From the NCBI GenBank assembly GCA_963777505.1, contig CAVZQN010000004.1, positions 1,568,001-1,632,000 of the forward strand: a stretch of DNA of 64,000 nt. The letters are read 5' to 3'. A program made the position numbers and the translations under genes. Below the pieces are notes generated by a model, which did not search any database, was not told the DNA's origin, and saw only the letters and a program-made list of their open reading frames with translations. This stretch comes from an uncultured bacterium. GTDB lineage: Bacteria > Acidobacteriota > HRBIN11 > JAKEFK01. Below, piece after piece: positions 57,190-64,000 of this stretch. Positions within the stretch are counted from its first letter, which is position 1. Every line of letters begins with the position of its first letter.

Positions 57190-57958
57190 AATTCATCCTA
57201 CCGCAATTGTTCATTCCGATGCACAAATCGCAGCGGAAGTTACAATCGGACCCTATAGTGTGATAGGTTCTGGCGTCCGAATCGGAAGTGGAACCAGAAT
57301 CATGTCGCATGTAGTCATTGAAGGACCGACTACCATTGGAAGCAATTGCACATTCTTTCCCTATGGTTCAATTGGCCAAATTCCTCAGGATTTAAAATTT
57401 CGCGGAGAACACAGCGAGCTGATCATAGGCGATCAGAATATCTTTCGCGAATTCGTCACATTTCATCGTGGAACTTCAGGTGGCGGCGCAAAAACGGTTG
57501 TTGGAAACAACAATCTCTTTATGGCTTATGCACACGTTGCTCACGATTGTCATATAGGAAATTCAATTATTATGGCGAACGCAGCTACGCTGGCAGGTCA
57601 TGTACGAGTTGAGGACGATTCGGTCATTGGCGCATTTTCAGGGATTCATCAACATTGCCGTATTGGGAAATATGGCTTTGTTGGCGGTTATTCTGTGATT
57701 ACAAAGGATGTATTGCCTTATTCAAAGACCGTAGGAAATCGCGCGCATTGTTATGGCATTAATTCTGTTGGTCTGCGTAGGCAGGGATTCGATTCATTAA
57801 GAATCAATACAATCCGAAAGGCATTCAGGCTTCTTCTGCAATCACATTTAAATACGTCACAAGCTGTTGAAGCAATTTCAAAAGAAGTATCTGAATCGGA
57901 AGAGATTTCATACCTTCTGCAATTTATTAAAAATTCCAAACGCGGCATCATAAAGTAA
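57182..57958 (+). CDS. lpxA: Acyl-ACP--UDP-N-acetylglucosamine O-acyltransferase
   Basis: Hexapeptide repeats, PQDLKF, HVAHDC, HQHCRIG, NSVGLRR. Confidence 0.95.
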   Translation: MPEIHPTAIVHSDAQIAAEVTIGPYSVIGSGVRIGSGTRIMSHVVIEGPTTIGSNCTFFPYGSIGQIPQDLKFRGEHSELIIGDQNIFREFVTFHRGTSGGGAKTVVGNNNLFMAYAHVAHDCHIGNSIIMANAATLAGHVRVEDDSVIGAFSGIHQHCRIGKYGFVGGYSVITKDVLPYSKTVGNRAHCYGINSVGLRRQGFDSLRINTIRKAFRLLLQSHLNTSQAVEAISKEVSESEEISYLLQFIKNSKRGIIK

Positions 57959-57979
57959 TTCAACCGCAGAGACGCAAAG

Positions 57980-58918
57980 CTAAATCGGTGGGAGGGAGAA
58001 CTTACTTTTCACGTTTAATGCCATTCGCAATGAAGGGATTGCCCCGGTGATCGTAACACCTTTGTCGCTTTTACCTTGCACCGCGTTACTAAAATCCAGC
58101 TGTTCAAGTTCGAGCGGATGTACGATCTGTTCAGGCTTGTATGCCATGTGATTAATTTGAGGCATGCCGCCCTCGCAGGCATTCGGCTGGAGAGAAACCA
58201 TTGAAACCGATTGCTCCAGAAGATCCATTGATAAGTAGTAGTAAGGCTGAAAAAGGCGCATCTTTCTCATTTTTTTCGCGCTGACCCTGGACGCTGTAAT
58301 ATTCGCAACACATTTCCCGGGAAATTTAATTCGTGCATTTGCTATATCGACATTGCGTGACAGGATTGGAATTCCAACCGCTTCAAGTTCCGATGTCTCT
58401 TCATTCAAGAAAAGATGCAGCAAATCAAGATCGTGAATCATCAGATCCAATACAACATCAATGTCCAGACTTCGCGGTGAAAATAATCCCAACCGGTGGA
58501 CTTCAATGAACAAGGGCCGTGTGATGCTTGGAAGGGCTCGCTGAACAGCAGGGTTATAACGCTCAGGAAAACCGACCCTGGCAACAATTCCTGCTTTTTG
58601 AACTATTGCTGCAAGCTGTTCCGCCTCTTCAACAGAAGCCGCTACAGGCTTTTCAATCAAAATATGCTTGCCCGCTAAAACAAGATCGGAAGCAATTTTG
58701 AAATGAGTGACTGTTGGTGTCGCAATCACTGCTGCATCAAATTCATGCAGATGATTCTGATACTGTGTATCAAATGGGACCCTATATTCTTCTCCGGCTT
58801 TTGAAGCACGTTCTGTATCAATGTCTACAATCAGAGTCAGCGTGGCTTCAGGAAGACTTTTCAAAAAGCGGACATGATTCCTTCCTTGATGTCCAATACC
58901 GATTAGTGCAATTCGCAT
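57980..58918 (-). CDS. Gfo/Idh/MocA oxidoreductase, GnnA-like
   Basis: GIGHQG, IEKP, ERYNP, DVVLDLMIHDLD, ANITASRVS. Confidence 0.8.
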   Translation of the reverse strand: MRIALIGIGHQGRNHVRFLKSLPEATLTLIVDIDTERASKAGEEYRVPFDTQYQNHLHEFDAAVIATPTVTHFKIASDLVLAGKHILIEKPVAASVEEAEQLAAIVQKAGIVARVGFPERYNPAVQRALPSITRPLFIEVHRLGLFSPRSLDIDVVLDLMIHDLDLLHLFLNEETSELEAVGIPILSRNVDIANARIKFPGKCVANITASRVSAKKMRKMRLFQPYYYLSMDLLEQSVSMVSLQPNACEGGMPQINHMAYKPEQIVHPLELEQLDFSNAVQGKSDKGVTITGAIPSLRMALNVKSKFSLPPI

Positions 58919-58948
58919 AGTAACGCGACACTTCTTTACTACTCTTTT

Positions 58949-60067
58949 TCAGACGTATTCTTGCAGAGTCGAGTTGATCCGTTCAAGGCCTGCTTTTACG
59001 TATTCCGGTGGAGAACCAAAACCGATTCTTAAGTAATGATCCATTCCGAAATGATCGCCCGGAACGATCAAAACGCTTTTCTCAGTACGAAGTTTTTCAA
59101 CAAGTTCCGTTGAGTTTACATTCAGTTTGTAACGAAAGTAGGCAATAGCCCCAGCATGTGGAGAAATCATTGAAAACATCGAACCGTGATTCTTAATCCA
59201 CTCTTCTACTACGGGAAAGTTCTTTCGAATAATGGATTGTGTTCGTTGCAGAATCAATTGGCGTTTTTCGGGTTCAAGCGCAACTCGCGCCAGGATGTCA
59301 CTGAGCATCGATGTACCGATTGTAGTGTAATCGTGATACGACCAGCACTCCGCCACGAATTGTGATGGTGCAACGATCCATCCCATTCGAAGGCCAGGAA
59401 GTCCATATGCCTTTGAAAGACCACACGTAACAATGACTCGGTCAGATTTGCCGTAAAATGTTTTCGTTTCAGATTCGTCACGTTCAGCGCCTCGATATAC
59501 TTCATCCGCTAGAAGCCAGGCACCGCATGAATCTGCGATCTTCACGAGTTCATCCATTTCTTGTTCAGTCAAAATGGAACCGGTCGGATTGTTCGGGTTA
59601 CACACCGCAATTAATTTTGTGCGTTTTGAAACGACAGAACGAAGCTCATCAAAATCAGGATGCCACTGTTTTTCTTCACGCAAATTGAATGACCGCACAT
59701 TGCCGCGCAGAGAGCGGGTCAATCCCCACAGCTGCATGTAATTCGGCAGCATCATCACGATTTCGTCTTCAGGTTCTGTGATACGTAAAGCTGAAAGCAG
59801 ATTTGCTTCGGCCGTTCCATTTGTCACGATGATGTTGTCTCGTGTGGCACCAGGATAGAGTTGCGCGATTCGATCACGCAATTCAGGAGTGCCATTTGAT
59901 TGAACATAACCAAGCTCTTGCTGCATCAAACGATCGATCCAGCGCGTGTCACCATCCAAAAGCTCTCCCAGTGACATTGGGTGTACTCCGCTTTCGGACA
60001 AGTTGTATTCGACCAGGTTTTCGTACGTAGACTGCATCCGTTCCATTTTGAAGAGTTCAATTTTCAT
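58949..60067 (-). CDS. PLP-dependent aminotransferase class I/II
   Basis: NPNNPTG, DEVY, SKAYGLPGLRMGW. Confidence 0.9.
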   Translation of the reverse strand: MKIELFKMERMQSTYENLVEYNLSESGVHPMSLGELLDGDTRWIDRLMQQELGYVQSNGTPELRDRIAQLYPGATRDNIIVTNGTAEANLLSALRITEPEDEIVMMLPNYMQLWGLTRSLRGNVRSFNLREEKQWHPDFDELRSVVSKRTKLIAVCNPNNPTGSILTEQEMDELVKIADSCGAWLLADEVYRGAERDESETKTFYGKSDRVIVTCGLSKAYGLPGLRMGWIVAPSQFVAECWSYHDYTTIGTSMLSDILARVALEPEKRQLILQRTQSIIRKNFPVVEEWIKNHGSMFSMISPHAGAIAYFRYKLNVNSTELVEKLRTEKSVLIVPGDHFGMDHYLRIGFGSPPEYVKAGLERINSTLQEYV

Positions 60068-60167
60068 AATGTTTCTATTGTACCAAGGATCTTCTTTACC
60101 GCCGAGAACGCCGAGTAGCTTAAATTTTTTTGCCTCCCGGATTCAATGCGAGTATAGTAATACGTTT

Positions 60168-61052
60168 ATGAATGAGACTGAACCACAAGAAAGCTTACAA
60201 AAAGCAGAGCCGAAGTCGTGGCGTTTTACGATTCTTCATGCTTTTGGACTCTGTGTATTGTTTGCTGTTATTCAAGCCGCCATTTTCCTGGCTATTCGAC
60301 AATCGACTGGATTGAAATTAGAAGAGCTAAGATGGTTTCACCTCGCGGTTATTAACGGAATACCAGGCGGAATTGTACTCGCAGTTGGAGCTTATCTGAA
60401 TGGCTTTTCGCTTCATGACATGCTCATGGATCGGCTTCCAGATGCGGGCGGAATCCTTTCGACTGTTGTCGCTGTACTCGGCATCATGATCCTTTCTTCG
60501 GAACTGAACAATATACTGATGAAATACTTACCGTTCACAATGGACGATCAAGTTCAGTTGATTGAGAGGCTGCTAAATGAGGATTTGATCGGTGTGATCA
60601 TTACTGTTGGAGTCGTAGCGCCAATCGTTGAAGAATTGTTATTCCGCGGCGTGATTCTTGACGGCTTAAGGTTGTACTATCGAATGAGTACTGCGGTTTT
60701 GGCTTCTTCCATCCTGTTTGGTCTCGTGCATTTGAATCCAGTCGTATCAATCGGAACTTTCCTACTCGCTCTCTTCCTTGCGTGGCTGCGCATCAGTACT
60801 GGCTCGCTGATGTTATGTGTGATTAGCCACTCGGTTTTCAACATAACTCCATTCATTCTGAAAAAAATGCTTCATAGTGAAGTTCAGGGTTTGACGTCGT
60901 TACCAACAACCGCAGGAGTTCAGTTTCAACCGTTTTGGTTGGATGCGCTTGGAGTATTATTGCTGCTCGCTGGAATTGCTGGCTTGAAATTCAGTAACGA
61001 GGAAGAACAAAAGCCTCAAGAAATTCGAGAACTGGGATCAGAACAAGGATAG
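60168..61052 (+). CDS. CPBP (CAAX protease/Abi) family intramembrane metalloprotease
   Basis: EELLFRG, FGLVH, HSVFN; start reassigned to ATG 60168. Confidence 0.88.
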   Translation: MNETEPQESLQKAEPKSWRFTILHAFGLCVLFAVIQAAIFLAIRQSTGLKLEELRWFHLAVINGIPGGIVLAVGAYLNGFSLHDMLMDRLPDAGGILSTVVAVLGIMILSSELNNILMKYLPFTMDDQVQLIERLLNEDLIGVIITVGVVAPIVEELLFRGVILDGLRLYYRMSTAVLASSILFGLVHLNPVVSIGTFLLALFLAWLRISTGSLMLCVISHSVFNITPFILKKMLHSEVQGLTSLPTTAGVQFQPFWLDALGVLLLLAGIAGLKFSNEEEQKPQEIRELGSEQG

Positions 61053-62099
61053 TTGCCCCGATCTCAGAAAATGTTCTGTAGTCATTTCATCCTCATCGTC
61101 TTCATCATCATCATTATTCAGGCCATATTTCTTGCATGAGGCAGAGAAGAGAGCTTTGATAGTTTTGGCGAGCTCTCCTTCGCCTGTCATTCGAGAATGA
61201 AATCGTGGATCACTTAAATTTCCGCCGCGAACTTCTCGGATTCGATTCAGAATTTTCTCTGCGCTATCCGGTAATTCCCTTCGTACCCATTCTTCAAATA
61301 ATTCTTTCACTGCATATGGCAATCGCATGATGATGTAAGCGGCACTCTTAGCGCCGTGATCGGCAGCTTGTTTCAAAATCTCTGGAATCTCGCTATCTGT
61401 GAGTCCAGGAATTACTGGCGCAATATTTACTCCAACTGGGATACCGGCATCACTTAACGCTTTAACTGCCTTCAACCGATTTTGAGGGGAAGCGGTTCTT
61501 GGCTCCATTTTTGAAATGAGCTTCTGATTCAAGCTGGTTATCGAAAGTGTAACGTGAACCAATTTGAAACGGGCGAGTTCTTGCAGCACATCAATGTCGC
61601 GGGTCACCATAGAATTCTTCGTGATGACGCCAACGGGATTACGGAAACGTAAGAACTGCTGAAGGCACCCTCTGGTGAGCTTTAGCTTCTTTTCAACTGG
61701 CTGATAACAATCAGTATTCCCGCACAGTGCAATGACCTGCGGCTCAAATTTTGGATCCGATAGAGCCTCTGCCAGCAATTCTGGCGCATTCATTTTCACC
61801 ATGATTTTGCTTTCAAAATCCAGGCCTGCCGAAAATCCAAGATATTCGTGACTCGGCCGTGCATAACAATAAATACAGCCATGTTCGCATCCGCGATAAG
61901 GGTTTACACTGAATGTGAAAGGAACATCCGGGCTATCGTTTTTTGCAAGAATTGAACGTGAAGAGTCCTTAAAATAGATGGTAGGGATTTTTCCGGGTGC
62001 CGTACCCTCCATCTCGTCGGAGAGGTCATCTATCTTCAGTGTTTCAAAACGATTACCCGGATTAAATGCAGCACCCCGGCCTTGAATTCGTTCAGGCAT
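61038..62099 (-). CDS. PA0069/Rv2578c-family (SplB-like) radical SAM protein
   Basis: GRGA..NP.NRF, NPYRGCEHGCIYCYARP, TDCYQP. Confidence 0.9.
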   Translation of the reverse strand: MPERIQGRGAAFNPGNRFETLKIDDLSDEMEGTAPGKIPTIYFKDSSRSILAKNDSPDVPFTFSVNPYRGCEHGCIYCYARPSHEYLGFSAGLDFESKIMVKMNAPELLAEALSDPKFEPQVIALCGNTDCYQPVEKKLKLTRGCLQQFLRFRNPVGVITKNSMVTRDIDVLQELARFKLVHVTLSITSLNQKLISKMEPRTASPQNRLKAVKALSDAGIPVGVNIAPVIPGLTDSEIPEILKQAADHGAKSAAYIIMRLPYAVKELFEEWVRRELPDSAEKILNRIREVRGGNLSDPRFHSRMTGEGELAKTIKALFSASCKKYGLNNDDDEDDEDEMTTEHFLRSGQLSLF

Positions 62100-62181
62100 A
62101 GTATGATTATTGTATGAATTTTTGGAAGAGTGTTGCAAATGAACATTCAAAAAACAAAAAATGTGCCCAACAAGAGGGAGA

Positions 62182-62766
62182 ATGATGAGACGAGATGAAT
62201 ATGAGGAGCTGCCTTATTTTGATTCAGATGGCAACGTCTTCGTTGAAGAATTGCGCCGTCATGACGCTTACATAAAGCGTGGTGGTAAGCTAACGGCTCC
62301 ACAAATGATTAAGTATGAGAATCGTGTCATGATGCTCGTTGAGCGTTTGATGCTAATTCATGAAGCTGTAAAACCAAATAACCAGGATTGTGAAGACTTT
62401 CTTCGATCGATAGAGAATTATCATCGCCGTGGTTTATTGCCCGTGCAAGTTTATCAGCGGTTTAAGGAGAAAAATGAAGCTCAACCTGGCCATAAATCAG
62501 AAAGGGATCGTGATCGTCTTCGAGTGATTACAGGTGGAGCGGAAGCTGATGAACGAAGTCTCTCCGATCTACCTGTGGAAACCTTGCTTGAGATGAATCA
62601 GCAGGGCGCGATTACGAATCCAGTTTTATTTCATGAATTGAACAAGCGCGAGAAGACTGGAACAAAGCTTCCCAAAATGGGAGGTGTTCTTTGGGGGAAA
62701 TATCGTACGTGGGTGGCCGAAAGAAATCGTGCTCGACGTCACGCACCACGAAACCATGAACGATAA
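62182..62766 (+). CDS. Hypothetical protein
   Basis: About 195-codon ORF with GGGAG SD; overlaps the next gene; start uncertain (62161 or 62182). Confidence 0.6.
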   Translation: MMRRDEYEELPYFDSDGNVFVEELRRHDAYIKRGGKLTAPQMIKYENRVMMLVERLMLIHEAVKPNNQDCEDFLRSIENYHRRGLLPVQVYQRFKEKNEAQPGHKSERDRDRLRVITGGAEADERSLSDLPVETLLEMNQQGAITNPVLFHELNKREKTGTKLPKMGGVLWGKYRTWVAERNRARRHAPRNHER

Positions 62767-64000
62767 TCACCTTCAAGACCTCCTTCAAAACAATCGTTTT
62801 GATGAACTAGAAGAATACTGGCTGGAACTTATGGAGTCCGGCCAATTTGATCTGCAAGATTTGCTTTCGTGCGCAAAGATTCTAGGACGAAATCGAGAAA
62901 AGAAGCGCGCTGGTTTATTGATGACGTTGCTGGATGAGCATCTTCGCGAACATGGCCGCTGGGCCGATCGCCTACGCGTTCTAAAGGAAATTACTCGTCA
63001 TACACTTGAGCTAAAAGAACTCGATAACATGAAGGATGCGCTTCGAGAAACTCTTGCGAAAGTTTATCCCGATAGCCCTTCATTCAACGCCGTTTTGAGA
63101 TCTTTCGCATTCGATGAAATTCTGAATGCTGAAGAGCTTGCAAAGAGTGTCGAAAAATCCGAGGAAGCATTCCCTTATGATGTCGGTCGGGTTTTTTACC
63201 AGCCGGGCTATGGAGTGGGGCGAGTTTCAGAAGTGAATCTCAAGCTCAGAGTTGCTCGAATTAATTTCGAAAAGAAGGAAGATGTTACCGTTCAATTTGG
63301 CGATCCAGAAGTTCAGCTCTTGCCGGAAGGTCATCTACTTCGCGACAAAGTAATGAATCTTGAGCAGGTTCGACAGGATGCGGAAGCAAATCCTGCAGAA
63401 ATGCTAGGGAGATTGTTGCAGACGTTTGATCGTGCGATGACAGCTGGGGAAATCAAGGATTGTTTCCATGGAATTGTCGATACCAATCAATGGTCGAGAT
63501 GGTGGACAGCCGCAAAAAAGAATCCGCAGGTGGTAACAACGGGAAAGGGCGCTCAAGCCGTTTATGCCTGGAGTGGGTCGGCTTCAGAAGCTGAAGAAAG
63601 TGTTCGGAAGGAATTTGACTCTGCGAAAGTTAAAGATCGAATTAATCTTGCGCGTACGCATGCAGCACGAAGCCAGGAACTTTCTGACCATTTTGCAGCA
63701 ATCTTGCTTCAAGAATCTGTGCGGGCATATGAAGGGAAGAAATGGGATGAAGCAATTGAGCTTCTGGATTTATTTCAAAAGTGGCCCGGCAAATCGTCTC
63801 CAGCTGCTGGTTATACTTTCGAACAAATTATTAGAGAAGCTCGTCCGGCAGAACTGCTCACCAGTGTAGAGAATCAGCCGCAGAAAACAAAAATCCTGAT
63901 GGCTTATCGTGAATTGTTACCAGATAACTGGGTACAGATTTTTACTGATCACTTTTATCGGGAAGAGAATCCGCGCCTTCTTACTTTGATGTATCAGCAA
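62756..64000 (+). CDS. N-terminal part of a long-form GreA/GreB-associated transcription elongation factor; runs off the window end
   Basis: Manual translation MNDNHLQDLL...GYGVGRV...INF...QWSRWWTAAKK, open to the window end. Resembles the N-terminal extension of large GreA proteins; the GreA domain itself is not visible. Confidence 0.65.
   Translation, partial: MNDNHLQDLLQNNRFDELEEYWLELMESGQFDLQDLLSCAKILGRNREKKRAGLLMTLLDEHLREHGRWADRLRVLKEITRHTLELKELDNMKDALRETLAKVYPDSPSFNAVLRSFAFDEILNAEELAKSVEKSEEAFPYDVGRVFYQPGYGVGRVSEVNLKLRVARINFEKKEDVTVQFGDPEVQLLPEGHLLRDKVMNLEQVRQDAEANPAEMLGRLLQTFDRAMTAGEIKDCFHGIVDTNQWSRWWTAAKKNPQVVTTGKGAQAVYAWSGSASEAEESVRKEFDSAKVKDRINLARTHAARSQELSDHFAAILLQESVRAYEGKKWDEAIELLDLFQKWPGKSSPAAGYTFEQIIREARPAELLTSVENQPQKTKILMAYRELLPDNWVQIFTDHFYREENPRLLTLMYQQ

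Larger units (their letters stand above)
3017..57979. repeat. Dispersed 18-bp junction element, consensus AACCGCARAGDCDCARAG, about 20 copies
   Basis: Copies at 3017, 5367, 10116, 13090, 16728, 16748, 18263, 22061, 24705, 26950, 36638, 38091, 40442, 43589, 44870, 46865, 48971, 50334, 51039 (partial), 57962. Weaker ones at 23675, 40490, 60097. Confidence 0.9.

Noticed and set aside
59946-60167. N-terminal extension of the CPBP protease ORF
   Set aside because: It overlaps the divergent aminotransferase; ATG 60168 is the plausible start.
63564-63869. 101-aa plus-strand ORF
   Set aside because: Out-of-frame overlap within the long gene starting at 62756.
1-64000. tRNA, rRNA, IS transposase, integrase or prophage genes
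   Set aside because: None recognised; intergenic gaps are short and accounted for by promoters and small repeats.

Overview
About 43% GC (estimated by eye), densely coding bacterial chromosome segment. It is most likely Acidobacteriota, inferred from an ADOP-type duplicated permease and the lysS-lolC/E-lolD-clpC-bamA-skp-fabZ-lpxA gene order. Most of it is housekeeping: two acyl-CoA/beta-oxidation clusters, envelope biogenesis, RNA modification and proteolysis. I found no rRNA, tRNA, CRISPR array, transposase, integrase or phage gene. The most unusual structure is non-coding. (1) A four-helix-bundle (23S-IVP/Avd-like) gene is enclosed by long inverted arms built from 7-mers, and gene-less 'empty' copies of the same arms occur elsewhere. 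(2) About 20 copies of an 18-bp element (AACCGCARAGDCDCARAG) sit at gene junctions and sometimes supply codons. (3) Several REP-like hairpin doublets are present, one flanked by a 24-bp duplication of the lolC/E-lolD junction. Notable proteins are a MerR / VIT-vWA / TPR-pseudokinase-kinase cluster, a Cyc2-like heme-porin plus cytochrome c lipoprotein pair, a P-loop-dCMP deaminase fusion, a radical SAM enzyme with an N-terminal SPASM-like domain, and an apparently inactive secreted alpha/beta-hydrolase. Three apparent single-base frameshifts (fadN, lolD and probably the VIT-vWA tail) are most likely sequence errors. All annotations come from motif recognition by eye; no database searches were run.
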